Notes: generated by a model from the letters alone, not told the origin. DNA of 64,000 nt from Methanobacteriota archaeon (GCA_963787255.1 CAWBCJ010000026.1:32001-96000); one strand, 5' to 3'. Positions 36,406 through 48,300 are shown, counted from the first letter of the stretch. A program made the numbers and translations.

Positions 36406-36614
36406 GGTTATATGATCCCCTTTCTATACTAATTCTATAATGTAATCTATGTTTACAAATAAAGATATACTTAACGATGGCCATGTGATACAATTCACCT
36501 AAAACCGTAACTTAAGACCCAACAGCATTAGGGTATACATAAATTCACCATAAAAATTAAAACGTAAATTCAAAGCTTTAAATATTATACTTCGCTAAAC
36601 CGCTAGATTACACA

Positions 36615-36741
36615 GCCCTTTTTTCCATTTTTTACTTAAAATCTTACGGCCCTGTACCATCCAGTCTAAAGGTCATACATTTAGCCCTTAAATATCTTTT
36701 TTTTGTACATCCTTATAAGGGCTTCAATTTTACAAAAGAAA
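36615..36741 (-). pseudogene. Decayed copy of the small basic protein family (see 50572-50746)
   Basis: Reads KRYLRAKCMTFRLDGTG / KILSKKWK, which aligns with RNFLLASLRGETFTISGKGQARVISRRWK. Confidence 0.5.
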
Positions 36742-37023
36742 TTATAATTTTTTATTTTCTATTTCTTCAAAATGGTGGATATCTACTTCTACAATTCCAA
36801 GTTTTAGAAATTTAGCCCTCATTTCTTTATCCTCTGCTAGTTTCTTTGCTTTCTCCGGATTTTCCCATTCAATTATTACCATAACTTTGTTGGGATCTTC
36901 TAGATCACGAAACACGCGACGACATTTAGCCCCATTTTCTTTTAGAACAGATGCAAGTCCGTCAAAACCTGTTTTCCACTTCTCATATTCCTGCACTTTA
37001 AGAGCACTAATTTCATAAAACAT
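36742..37023 (-). CDS. Dimeric alpha+beta barrel (cyclase/ABM-like) small protein
   Basis: KVQEYEKWKTGFD...VFRDLEDPNKVMVIIEW pattern. AGGGTGG RBS before ATG 37023. Confidence 0.7.
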   Translation of the reverse strand: MFYEISALKVQEYEKWKTGFDGLASVLKENGAKCRRVFRDLEDPNKVMVIIEWENPEKAKKLAEDKEMRAKFLKLGIVEVDIHHFEEIENKKL

Positions 37024-37140
37024 TAATTCCACCCTATTCATGTTAATTAAATCTTTCCATAACTTTAAATTGATTATAACAATCTATATCTCCTCAACTA
37101 GATAAATATTACGATTATTTAATTATTTATTAATATGATC

Positions 37141-37255
37141 TTTCCATCTTTTACTGTAGTTTAGTCCGTCCAATACCATCGGCCCTTAAAGTCTCACCTT
37201 CACGCCATTACCCGTAAAAAATTCCTTTTAGCTTCTTCAACAGCTTAAAGAATAG
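37141..37255 (-). pseudogene. Decayed copy of the small basic protein family (see 50572-50746)
   Basis: Reads AVEEAKRNFLRVMA* / GETLRADGIGRTKL / SKRWK with a stop and frameshifts. Confidence 0.7.
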
Positions 37256-37273
37256 AGAGAAGAGTATAAGTTG

Positions 37274-37366
37274 GTGAAGATTTTGTTGGTTGAGGATAAT
37301 CCTGCTGATGCACGCCTTTTTAAAGATTTTTTTTTAATTATTATTGTTGAGCATCTTTGGAGATGA
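37274..37366 (+). pseudogene. Response-regulator N-terminal remnant
   Basis: GTG-KILLVEDNPADARLFKDF, after which the sequence degenerates. Confidence 0.65.
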
Positions 37367-37502
37367 TGCATATAATTATTGAAAAAATAGTATCATAAAA
37401 AATAATTATATCTATTATATAAGTAAGAAAAATAAATTATTCTAAATTAGTTAGTATAATATAATAGGAGTATTTGAATTAATAACAATATTATGTAAAA
37501 AA

Positions 37503-37534
37503 ATATGATCAGTATATAAATGAACTGATCATAT
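37503..37534. promoter_or_regulatory. 11-bp perfect inverted repeat straddling a TATA-like box upstream of guaAA
   Basis: ATATGATCAGT-N10-ACTGATCATAT, with TATATAAA at 37513-37520. Confidence 0.5.
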
Positions 37535-37647
37535 CAAATAGGATGTGTCTTTAATATCCATACATCTATTAAATATTTTAATATATTTATACATTTCTAT
37601 TGCAAATAATTGCAATTTACAAATAGACATTAATTAGGGGATATATA

Positions 37648-38217
37648 ATGAAAATATTAGTTGTAAATAATCATGGACAGTATAATCATAGAATTCACAG
37701 GACTTTACATTATTTAAAGATTCCCTCAGAGATAATTCCCAATTCAACAGCTATTAAAAAAATAAATGAGAAAAAACCTGCAGGAATTATATTAGGTGGA
37801 GGTCCAACCATAGAACGGGCAGGAAACTGCTTTAAATACGTAAAAGAGTTAGATTTACCTATTTTAGGGATATGTCTTGGCCACCAAATAATTGCAAAGG
37901 CTTATGGGGGAGAAATTGGCGCTGCAGGAATTCAAAGCTATGCAAAAATTGAAATAAACATAAAAGACGAAAATGACATCTTCAAGGGTATTGGAGATAC
38001 TATGACGGTATGGGCATCACATAAGGATGAAGTTAGAAAGTTACCTGAAGGTTTTAAAATCCTTGCAGACTCACCAATATGCGATATAGAAGCCATGAAA
38101 CATGAAGAAAAACCTTTATATGGAATACAGTTCCATCCTGAAGTCTACCATACTGAAAAAGGCCCTCAATTATTAGAAAACTTTTATGAGACTTGTAAAA
38201 AATATTCACAAAATTAA
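37648..38217 (+). CDS. guaAA: GMP synthase subunit A (glutamine amidotransferase)
   Basis: [27 protein letters not shown] and QFHPEV. Confidence 0.95.
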   Translation: MKILVVNNHGQYNHRIHRTLHYLKIPSEIIPNSTAIKKINEKKPAGIILGGGPTIERAGNCFKYVKELDLPILGICLGHQIIAKAYGGEIGAAGIQSYAKIEINIKDENDIFKGIGDTMTVWASHKDEVRKLPEGFKILADSPICDIEAMKHEEKPLYGIQFHPEVYHTEKGPQLLENFYETCKKYSQN

Positions 38218-38301
38218 AAGTCATTATTAACGTTTAATTTTTCTCTATTTTTTTTTGATTTACATTAGAACTTATTCTAGAAAACTATTACCTATTTTAA
38301 A

Positions 38302-39912
38302 TTATTTTTCCTCATGATATTCTTCTTCAGCATTAATAGACCACAAATTATCCTTGGAAGTCACATTGTTGATAATATTTTCAACTGCAGTCATTGCAGT
38401 AAGCATGGAATGGTCCATATTATTATATCGATGCATTCCGTTCCTACCAATCAAAAAAAGGTTTCCAAATCCATCAGTAAACTCTCTAACGTCATCAAAT
38501 TTTTCATATGTTCCAAAATAAGCAGGATATGTCTTTTGAACCCTTATAACTACATTATCAATAACATCTTCTTTATTTATAATATGGATTTTTGCAAGTT
38601 CATCTACTGCAAACTGGGTAAACTCTTCATCTGAAGTGTTCCATAATTCATCTCCTTCATTACAGAAGTATTCAAGCCCAATCCACGACTTACTATCATC
38701 ATTTACAAGATAAGGGCTCCAATTATTGAATATTTGTAGTCTACCTAATTTAACATCCCTTTCTTGGATATAAATCCAGTTATCAGGAACTATATCATTA
38801 ACAGTCTTTTGATTAGTTTCATTTTTTATTTTAAGCTGATTTAAAAGTAGACCAACTGTAATGAAATCACGATACATTAACCCATTAGCGATCTCATTAA
38901 TATCATCTGGCACGATTTCCATAGAATTTATTAAATCTTTAACTGGCATTGTTGAGAAGAAATAATCACCTTCTGCAGTTTTAATCTCGCCAGTAGAATG
39001 ATCTTTTATTTTAATTTTTGTTACATTGTCTCCATCGTGTTCAATTCCAATTACTTCGTGATTATGATGTATTTCTCCACCATTTTCAGTTATAATTCGT
39101 GCTACTTCTTCCCATATTTGTCCAGGTCCAAGTTTAGGGTACATAAACTGTTCAATAAGACTTGTTTCAACTTCTTTTTGTTCTATTGATGAATCACTGG
39201 AAAATTTACTTTTTACAGCATGAGAAACGGCTTTTGTAATGGATAAACCTTTAATACGTTGTGCGCCCCATTCAGGATTAATTTCACAACAATCTATTCC
39301 CCAAACTTTCTCTGTATAATCTTTAAAGAATGTTAAATAGAGTTCTCTTCCAAATCTATTTATAAAAAAGTCTTCAAGGGATTTTTCTTCTTTAATTGGT
39401 GATATTGAGGTTTTAACGTAGCTTGCACCAATTTTAGCTGTTCTCCACAGACCTAAATTAGAAAAAGTATTAAGATTAAGTGAAATAGGATAATCAAAAA
39501 ATTTTCTTAGGAAAAATATCCGTGAAAGACGTCCCCGATTGAGCATTACTTTGTCATCTTTTTCAGGATCAGGTGCATTAATTTTTTTAATTTCCTTTTG
39601 CCCTATTTCTCTTTTAAGGCATTCATTAGTAAGGGGTATTTCCCGGCCAAGTGCTGCATCGTCCTTTGCAGGTGCACCTTGAAGTGGCATTATATTTTGC
39701 CACCACTTCATAACTCTGTTTGATTTTGAAAAGAATCTGTGACCGCCTATGTCTATTCGGTTGCCTTTATATTTGACAGTTTTAGAAATTCCACCTATTT
39801 CATTGCTCATTTCATATATAACTGGTTTAATATCAGTTTTATCAAGTAATTCATAGGCTGCAGTGAGTCCTGCAGGTCCAGCTCCAATGATAATTGCTGT
39901 TTTTTGACTCAT
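38302..39912 (-). CDS. FAD-dependent oxidoreductase of the UDP-galactopyranose-mutase/protoporphyrinogen-oxidase-like group
   Basis: [46 protein letters not shown] and [15 protein letters not shown]. Confidence 0.85.
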   Translation of the reverse strand: MSQKTAIIIGAGPAGLTAAYELLDKTDIKPVIYEMSNEIGGISKTVKYKGNRIDIGGHRFFSKSNRVMKWWQNIMPLQGAPAKDDAALGREIPLTNECLKREIGQKEIKKINAPDPEKDDKVMLNRGRLSRIFFLRKFFDYPISLNLNTFSNLGLWRTAKIGASYVKTSISPIKEEKSLEDFFINRFGRELYLTFFKDYTEKVWGIDCCEINPEWGAQRIKGLSITKAVSHAVKSKFSSDSSIEQKEVETSLIEQFMYPKLGPGQIWEEVARIITENGGEIHHNHEVIGIEHDGDNVTKIKIKDHSTGEIKTAEGDYFFSTMPVKDLINSMEIVPDDINEIANGLMYRDFITVGLLLNQLKIKNETNQKTVNDIVPDNWIYIQERDVKLGRLQIFNNWSPYLVNDDSKSWIGLEYFCNEGDELWNTSDEEFTQFAVDELAKIHIINKEDVIDNVVIRVQKTYPAYFGTYEKFDDVREFTDGFGNLFLIGRNGMHRYNNMDHSMLTAMTAVENIINNVTSKDNLWSINAEEEYHEEK

Positions 39913-39990
39913 GTTAGTATTCCTCGTTAAGACTTTTCTGTAAGTTGTTATAATCAGTTTTTGAGTATTAATGTTCACTATTTATTTTTT

Positions 39991-40423
39991 CTATTTGAAT
40001 AAAGTAACTTTTCTTGCAAAGAAATTCCAGAATAAGATTAAAGCTGCTGCAATGATTTTAGAAAGAAGGTAAAAAAGTCCAACATACTCTGTAAATAAAT
40101 AGATAATCACTACATTTAAAAAAATCCCTATTACTCCAATGAACTGCAAAAATTGTAAATTCTGATAATTTGTTGTCTAAAGTACGTTTATTAAAAACCC
40201 AATTTATACTTAAAGTATAATTGGCAATTAATCCTAATATGAATGCTATTACAGCAGAAATAAGATAATAAACACCAAAAACATCTGTAAAGATGAACAA
40301 AGAAACGAAATCTACTATAAAAGCAGCACCGCCAACGAAAATGTATCTGAAAAATTGTACGTGAGTGCTGTCAGTTTGATTTTTTATTAGTTTGTCTATT
40401 GCTGTTTCTTTTGTGTCGCTCAT
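39991..40423 (-). CDS. GtrA-family polyprenol-sugar flippase (frameshift at ~40142)
   Basis: [27 protein letters not shown]. After removing one T it continues [33 protein letters not shown] to 39991. Confidence 0.88.
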
Positions 40424-40737
40424 TTAATAATCACCATGTAATAAAATAATTATAAGTAGTCATATTGATTTTAAAATGTATATAATTTTTCTAAAATAAG
40501 AATGCACTTTTTCAGAAATATCATTATTTTTTTTATAGATTAAAGATAGCCTAAATGTATATCAAATAACTTTTTATGATTTACTGAAATATAAAACTTT
40601 TTAATAATTAAAATTAAGTAAATTAATAAATGGAATTATTGAATCAGACTTAAATACAAAATTTAAATAATCAAAAACAAAAATATAGCTATAAAATATA
40701 ATATAATACTAAATTCTATTTCTAAAAACAGCAATAA

Positions 40738-42141
40738 CTAAACATAATAACTTGTTATGAAAATAAGGATGCTTATTAAAAGGAAAATCACAGTATAACT
40801 AATGATTATTACATTTAAATTGTTTTGAATTCCTAAAAAGATTTTATTCTTATTGCTATCAAAGTTTTTGATTTTAAATAATAACAAAAAGAGCAGAGGA
40901 AGGATAGGAATGAAATATCTTCCTTGAATACCATCTATCATATTTTGACCAACCACAGTCCATGAAATATACACAAAGGCACATACAAGCAGAAAAATTA
41001 TTACAAAGATTGAAAGAGAAATTAATTTTTGTTTTTTACTTATTAAATGTCTGCTTTTATCCAGTAATGCAATTGGCACTATTGAAGTTATATATGCACC
41101 AATCCACCATATTGGTAACGGAATATCCAGCCAGAAATTACCCACGAACAAAAGTTGATAGGATAAACCCCGATAAAAAAACGTTTTCAATAGTGCATAA
41201 GGAAATCTTAGAGGATCTCCTAAAATATATAATATCTGGCCTGAAATAGATATCTGAGGTACAATAGGAACATAAAGATCTTTAACAAGTAAACTCCAGC
41301 CTCCACTAATTAGAAGTATGGCTAAAAGTAAAAATCCTGCTGTATAAAACATTTTTTTTCTACCTCCAAATTTCTCTGAAGGTATGAGAAATATCAATAA
41401 TAAAAGCACAAAATAAATTTGTTTTGACAATGAAAGCAGAAGAACTAGTATAAACAAGATATAGGTATCTTTGATATTTATGCTCTTTTTATTTTCATCG
41501 AAAGCATATTTAAAGAAAATTGCAACTATTAGAAAGGATAAGCCTAATATTAAACTATCTGCTGAAAGTGAAGCCGCCTCAAAAAGTGTCATAGGAATTA
41601 ATGCAACCATAAAGAGAACCCATTTATGAATTGGAATTATTCTAATTGCAAGATATGTAAGAAACACCCATACCAATAAATTAGCCAGTCTTCCAAGGTA
41701 TATTAAAATTATTGGAGATAAGTTAAGCAATTTTCCAAGTATAATAGCAAATGCAGGAATTATATAAGGAACAGGAGAATATGTAATAACTGCAATCCTT
41801 GAAATATCTTCAAAAACTCTATTTTGGCTGTTAAAACCTATATTTAAAAGAGGAGCTATATTTATCTTATCATCTCTATCTTTAATAAATGAAAACCATT
41901 CATTGGAAATTTCTGAAGTCGTTAATCGCACGCTTTCAGGAACATAAACTCCTGACATGTTCCCCACCTTTTCAGGGAGCACATGTCCTTCGCTTACATA
42001 TAATGCCCTGTAAAAATGTTCATATTCATCAGGAACCTGGAGTGCAGGGGTTGCAATAAGAAAACAAAGTCCATATACTAATCCAATAATAAGAAATGCA
42101 GTTTCTGGCTTCATTTCTTTTAATTTACCAACCAACGACAT
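40738..42141 (-). CDS. DUF2142 family GT-C-like membrane glycosyltransferase
   Basis: PALQVPDEYEHFYRA, YSPVPYI, GRLANLL, SLSADS and GIQGRYFIPILP. Multi-TM. Confidence 0.85.
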   Translation of the reverse strand: MSLVGKLKEMKPETAFLIIGLVYGLCFLIATPALQVPDEYEHFYRALYVSEGHVLPEKVGNMSGVYVPESVRLTTSEISNEWFSFIKDRDDKINIAPLLNIGFNSQNRVFEDISRIAVITYSPVPYIIPAFAIILGKLLNLSPIILIYLGRLANLLVWVFLTYLAIRIIPIHKWVLFMVALIPMTLFEAASLSADSLILGLSFLIVAIFFKYAFDENKKSINIKDTYILFILVLLLSLSKQIYFVLLLLIFLIPSEKFGGRKKMFYTAGFLLLAILLISGGWSLLVKDLYVPIVPQISISGQILYILGDPLRFPYALLKTFFYRGLSYQLLFVGNFWLDIPLPIWWIGAYITSIVPIALLDKSRHLISKKQKLISLSIFVIIFLLVCAFVYISWTVVGQNMIDGIQGRYFIPILPLLFLLLFKIKNFDSNKNKIFLGIQNNLNVIIISYTVIFLLISILIFITSYYV

Positions 42142-42305
42142 ATTTTTTAGTTTAATTTTTTAATCTTAAAAAGTTGATGGATAATATAAAAAGTAAAAAA
42201 ATACTATTTTAAGTATACTAAAAGAATATAAACATGAAAATTGATAAAATTTTCAATGAAAAGTTTTTTTATTGTTATAATTATTTTATTATAGGTGAAA
42301 AAAAA

Positions 42306-43232
42306 ATGCTTGATCCATCTGATTTTATAAAGGAATCAATTGAAAAAATTAAAAAAGAAATAGGCGATGAAAAGGCAGTTATAGCACTATCTGGCGGTGT
42401 TGACAGTTCTGTTTCATCAGTATTAGTTTCAGAAGCAATTGGAGAAAATCTTATAGCGGTATTTGTTGACCACGGACTTCTACGTGAAGGGGAATCCGAA
42501 TACGTGCAAAAAACATTTGAAAACCGTTTAAACTTTGATTGCATTGATGCTAAAGATGAATTTTTAAATGCCCTTGAAGGGGTGGCAGATCCTGAAGAAA
42601 AGCGGAAAATAATAGGTGAAATATTTATCAATGTCTTTGAAAGGGAAGCAGAAAAAATAGGTGCTAAATTTTTAGTTCAAGGCACAATAGCGCCTGATTG
42701 GATAGAAAGTGAAGGGAAAATTAAATCTCATCATAATGTTGCTTTACCTCATGGATTGGTTTTAAAACTTGTAGAACCAATAAGAGAACTTTATAAAGAT
42801 GAAGTTAGAATTTTAGGTTCAAAATTGGGACTTCCTGACGAAATGGTTAACAGACAACCGTTTCCAGGGCCGGGACTTGCTGTTCGTGTAGTTGGAAAAC
42901 TAAGTGAAGAAAAAATTGAAATCTGCAGAAAGGCAAACGCTATAGTTGAAGAAGAAGTTAAAAAAGAAGGGCTTGATGCTACACTTTGGCAATACTTTGC
43001 AGTTTTAACTGATACAAAGGTTACAGGGGTTAAAGGGGACATAAGAGATTATGGTTATCTGGTAGTGCTTCGAATGGTTGAATCATGGGATGCTATGACT
43101 GCACATGTGCCAGAACTACCCTGGGAAATGGTAAGAACAATTTCAGCTCGAATTACAGCTGAAGTTCCTGAAGTCACTCATGTTTCGTTATCAGTAAGTG
43201 ATAAACCGCCAAGCACTATTGAATTTGCTTAA
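42306..43232 (+). CDS. guaAB: GMP synthase subunit B (ATP pyrophosphatase)
   Basis: [39 protein letters not shown] and [16 protein letters not shown] before ATG 42306. Confidence 0.96.
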   Translation: MLDPSDFIKESIEKIKKEIGDEKAVIALSGGVDSSVSSVLVSEAIGENLIAVFVDHGLLREGESEYVQKTFENRLNFDCIDAKDEFLNALEGVADPEEKRKIIGEIFINVFEREAEKIGAKFLVQGTIAPDWIESEGKIKSHHNVALPHGLVLKLVEPIRELYKDEVRILGSKLGLPDEMVNRQPFPGPGLAVRVVGKLSEEKIEICRKANAIVEEEVKKEGLDATLWQYFAVLTDTKVTGVKGDIRDYGYLVVLRMVESWDAMTAHVPELPWEMVRTISARITAEVPEVTHVSLSVSDKPPSTIEFA

Positions 43233-43404
43233 AAAACCTTTTTTTTGGAGAATTAATCTATTTATTACTTCTCAGTTTCTTTTTAATTTATTTTTCATTT
43301 TAACATCTTATATTCCTATTTTAACAGGAATTCAGACTTAATATAAATTCAAAAATCGATTCTAAAAGTCATGCAAAGCATCTGTTTTTGGAGATTGATG
43401 ATAA

Positions 43405-43905
43405 ATAGTTGAACTAGCTCATAGTATCGAACGGAAAATCATCAAAAAATATGGCAGTACTCTAAAGGTAGATGGACATATTTATCAGGCATATCCAACA
43501 CCAAAACAATTGAATAATGCACCATTCGATGAACTTCGTGCATGTGGATTAACTTTAAGAAAAACTGAATATATCAAGTCCATATCAAAAGATATAGAAG
43601 AAGGAAAATTGGATTTAGAGAAATTCAAAGAATATGAAGATGTAGATAAAATAATTAGTGAACTTTGTAAAATAAGAGGAATAGGGCTTTGGACAGCAGA
43701 ATTTGTGATGATAAGAGGTTTAAATAGGCTTGAATCACTCCCTGCAGATGATATAGGAATTAGAAGAGTTATTTCTCATTATTATTGTGATGGTAGAAGG
43801 ATTTCAAGTGATGAGGCACGTAAAATAGCTGAAAACTGGGGTAAATGGAAAGGATTAGCTGCTTTTTATTTAGTAATTGCTGAAATGGCTAATATCAGTA
43901 TTTAA
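43405..43905 (+). pseudogene. 5'-truncated AlkA-type DNA-3-methyladenine glycosylase
   Basis: Frame reads LAHSIERKIIKKYG...AYPTPKQL...RGIGLWTAEFVMIRGL..PADDIGI (HhH-GPD). An in-frame stop lies upstream and there is no N-terminal domain. Confidence 0.75.
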
Positions 43906-44297
43906 TTCAATTACACTATAGCGATTTTGTGGCTAAAATTTTGAGTTAATTCACCCACAGTGGAAAAACAACGTGTTTAAAATTAAATATGAAACTTATA
44001 CTATCCGTGCAACTTAATGTCCACTCCTTTATAAAGAAACTACTTTCAAAAACCCAAATTAGGAATCAACTTCATTTTTGAAAGAATCCTTAACCATACA
44101 TATATATTTTAAACTATTTAGCCTTTATTTTTTAGGAAAACCCTACCAAACTAATTTAATACAATGCAAATCAGCCCAAAAAAAATCATTTTCCCATATA
44201 GTACAACACAACAATTAAGCCCAATTTTATAGCAAATGAAAAAAACAGCAAAAAATGTGATATTAAATTTTGGAACAAAAATTCCAAAAAAGATGAT

Positions 44298-44753
44298 TTA
44301 AACAGAGCTTTTAATGGGTAATTGGGCGGTATGGAACCAGAAGTCATTAATAGCTTTAATGTACTTGTTGAATTCATCAATATCTAACGGTTTAAGAAAT
44401 ACAGAATTAGCTTGGAGTCTATAAGCATTATTAATGATTTTTGGGTCATTGGAAACAGTAATAATAATTACAGGGATGAGTTTAAGTTTTTTGTCATTTT
44501 TTATTTCTTTTAACACTTCCCACCCGTCTTTACGCGGCAAACCCAAATCAAGAAGAATTAAATCCGGACAAGGCACATCTACATACTTACTTTCTTGTTT
44601 TAAGAATTGTATGGCTTCAACACCATCATTAACTATGTGCAGTTTCTTTTTTAATTCTATTTCCTTCAATGCTTCTTCTACTAGTCTTATATCAGAAGGA
44701 TTATCTTCTACCAATAGTATATTCGGTTTGATTATGCTTTTGGTTTCATCCAG
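44298..44753 (-). CDS. Single-domain response regulator (Rcp1-type), paralog of 8172-8627, with a probable CTG start
   Basis: ILLVEDNPSD and PDLILLDLGLPRKDGWEVLKEIK. GGTGAT RBS 7 nt upstream of in-frame CTG 44753. Confidence 0.92.
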   Translation of the reverse strand: MDETKSIIKPNILLVEDNPSDIRLVEEALKEIELKKKLHIVNDGVEAIQFLKQESKYVDVPCPDLILLDLGLPRKDGWEVLKEIKNDKKLKLIPVIIITVSNDPKIINNAYRLQANSVFLKPLDIDEFNKYIKAINDFWFHTAQLPIKSSV

Positions 44754-44875
44754 TGTTTATATCACCTTTTTATTGAATAAATAATCTAATGGTACCACTA
44801 TTTTTGTATTTAATACTATTTAATTGTAGTTAAATGACAAAAAGTAATTAATAGAAATGTTAAAATAAAAATGAA

Positions 44876-45313
44876 TTAAGGTACTTCAGCTAAATCAAAC
44901 CAAAACTTCATAAAAGAATCCAAAACTCGATTCAAATCATTTGAATTTTCTGGTTTCATAATGTAATTATTAAGATGGCTTTTATACAATTCTTTAACAT
45001 TATCATTATTATTCTTGGATTCAGATAAAATAGAAATAGGGGTTGTTTTAAGGGCTGAATCCGATTTAACTATTTTAATAAAATCTATAATTTCATCTGT
45101 AACTGCATTCAAATTAAATAATAGACTAAAATGCGTAAGACTCTTAGGACAATTACTGCAAAGATTTAAAGCGTCAGTAACATGGTTTAAATTATCAAAA
45201 AGATGTACATTAACATTATTTTCTTTTTTAAAAAAATCAACAACACTACTAGTTGATTCATCCTCCAGTAACAAGAGATTGATTGTATGTGCTAAGTTTT
45301 CCATAAATATCAT
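44876..45313 (-). CDS. Degenerate receiver-domain protein (pseudo-receiver)
   Basis: LLLLED start, PISILS, YIMKP and KFWF end match an Rcp1-type fold. The phospho-Asp position reads LLFNLN. Confidence 0.8.
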   Translation of the reverse strand: MIFMENLAHTINLLLLEDESTSSVVDFFKKENNVNVHLFDNLNHVTDALNLCSNCPKSLTHFSLLFNLNAVTDEIIDFIKIVKSDSALKTTPISILSESKNNNDNVKELYKSHLNNYIMKPENSNDLNRVLDSFMKFWFDLAEVP

Positions 45314-45399
45314 TCGTTATGTTACGATTATGTATAACTTATATAAATACTAAAAACAATGTGAAAGTCTACTATCAAAATTTATCCCAAAAAAAATAA

Positions 45400-48300
45400 T
45401 CAAACCGTAGGAATAGTAAAATAAAACGTAGAACCAACACCATAATCTGATTCCAACCCAAATATGGCCACCATGCCGTTCAATTATTCTCTTAACGATT
45501 GAAAGTCCTATTCCTGTTCCTTTATAAATGTCCCTTGTATGTAGACGCTGGAATATGGTAAAAATACGTTCAAAATATTGTTCTTCTATTCCAATACCAT
45601 TATCAGATACACTGAAGACATACTCCTTTTCATCTTCAGACTTATAAGCGGATATATCAATTTTAAGCGGTTCATCACATTTTCTAAATTTAATAGCATT
45701 TGAAATCAGGTTTAAGAACACCCTTTGCAGTTGCCCTGCATCTCCCCTTACTTTTGGAAGCTCATCGTAAGTTATTTCAGCATCAGATTCGTAAATTACA
45801 GTACTTAAGCTTTTAATGGTTTGATTCAATATATCATTAGTATCAACAAGCTCAAATTCTTCTCCTTTGGTTGCAACACGTGAATAATCAAGTAAATCCT
45901 GAATTTGCTGTTTCATACGAATAGATGCATCTACAATGTACTCCATGAACTCATCAGCATCACTATCCAATTGGCCTTTATAGCGTCTCTCCAATAATTG
46001 AGTGAAACTGGTTATAGTTCTAAGAGGCTCTTGTAAATCATGACTGGAAACATAGGCAAATTGTTGTAATTCTTGATTGGAGCGTTTTAATTCTTCTACT
46101 GTCTCTTTTAGGTCATTTTCTGCTTTTTTTAATTCTGTATTGTCAAACAGTGTTGCTCTGCTTAACAAGAAGTTACCTTTTTCATCTTTAAGTGTCGAAG
46201 CGCTTAAAATAATGGGAAAAGTGGAGCCGTCTTTTCTAATCAGTTCATATTCAAGGTCTTTAGCATATCCTCTTTCTAAGAAACTTCTATAATTCTTTTT
46301 AAACGCTTTTTGACTTTCTTTGGTAAGTAATTCACTGAAATTCTTACCAATGAGTTCCTCTTTCTTGTATCCCAGCCATGAAAGCTCGGTTTGATTAACC
46401 TTTAAAAAGTTACCATTTACATTAAGTGAGTGATAACCACATGGGGCATTATTATAAAGGTCATAGATTTCATCAGCAGATTCTTTTAATTGTTTTTCTG
46501 CCTGTTTAAGATCTGTGATATCATAAACAAAAGTAATAAACCTTAATTCACTGTTAAGTTCAATTGTTTCAGAACTACTAAGTACAATACGTTTTTCGCC
46601 AGATTTAGTTTGTATTTCCAATTCTGAATCTCGCCTTGCGCCTTTTACTTGAAGTTCATTTATATAGTGCTCACGTTTTTCAGTATTTATTATATTTAAT
46701 TCTGCTGAAGTATGACCAATTAATTCATCCCTATTATAACCAGTTAACTTCATAAAACTTTCATTAACATCCAGCCACCTACCCTCTGCATCACCAAGTG
46801 TCATGGCAGCAGGATTAGAATGGAATGCCTTATAAAACTTCTCTTCACTTTCTTGTAAAGCTTTTTCAGCTTTTTTACGTTCAGTTATATCTCGAGATAT
46901 TGCAAGGCATGCTTTCCGTCCTTTATAGTTAATTAAGTGATTATTTACTTCAACGGGTATTCTGTCCCCATTTTTGGTTATATGTACTATTTCAAAGGTA
47001 TTGCAACTGTTTTTTATGAGTTTTGCTGCATTTTCAGGCATTTCTGGTCTTTTATCTGGAGCAACAATGTCTCTAGGGGTCATATTTAATAATTCTTCTC
47101 GATTATAACCTAATCTTTTAATACCTACTTCATTAATTTCAATAAATTTACCTGGAAAATTATCTTCCATTTCATTAAGAGTTATCATATCATTTGCTTT
47201 GTTAAAAATCTCACGGAATTTTAGTTCACTTTCGCCAAGCAATTCATAAGCCTCTTGAAGCTCTCTAGTCCGCTCATCAACTTTAATTTCTAAATTATCA
47301 CGAGCGTCTTTTAAATTTTCTTCTAATTTTTTCCGTTCAGTAATATCATAAAACAATGATATGAGATGTTTTTTGCCCTTAAGTTCAATAAATTCTGTTG
47401 AAATCAAGAGTATATGTTTTTTATCCCATTTATCGCTTATTTCAATTTCCATATCGTGGATATGGCCTTCTTTAAGTAATTTTTCAAGTAATTTATCCCT
47501 ATACTCCTTACCATAAAGATTTATCTCTGTTGTATTCTTACCGATGATTTCATCCTTATTATAGCCAGTTATACTTGTATAATGCTCATTTACATCGATG
47601 ATACTGCCTTCTAGAGTAGATATTATTATTGCAGTAGGACTGCTATAAAAAACCTTGGAAAACTTCTCTTCACTTTCTTTTAAAACTTCTTCTGCTTTTT
47701 TACGTTCTGTCCAGTCATGAGCGTACACAGCAGCACCTGTCACTTTTCCGTTTGAATCTCTGACAGGAGTATGAAATATGGAAAAATAACGGAAGTTATG
47801 GCCTTCATCACCTGCACATGCTTCAATATTAACTACTTCACCATTAAATGCTTTATCAATATTTAATTTGGCATTTTCACGGTTTTCAGGGTTTGTATGA
47901 TAATCAAGTAGATTACCTCCTATTTCAATGTCCGCATCAAAAAGATTTTTCATTACCTTTGCATGTTGCAAATTGAAGCTGGTGTATCGATAGTTACAAT
48001 CAACAGAAAATATAGGTCCTTCTGAGCTTTCAAGCACTGTCTCAAGTACATCATGCTCCTGCATCAGTTTCTCTTCAGTATTTTGGTGTTCAGTAATATC
48101 TTGAATTTGCACTAAATAACCAGAATCAGTAACGGAAACAGTATAATCTAAAAATAAAACTCCATTTTTAGTTGGAGTATAAAAACCTAAATTTTTAATC
48201 ATATCTAAATCTAAAGGCGCTTGAAAATGAATAACACCATCATTAATCAATTCCTCTCTCTTTTCCTCAATAGGAGGGTTATCAAACATACTCAGCCCTA

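Noticed and set aside
43906-44297. Intergenic stretch that looks like decayed coding sequence
   Set aside because: No recognisable protein motif in any frame.
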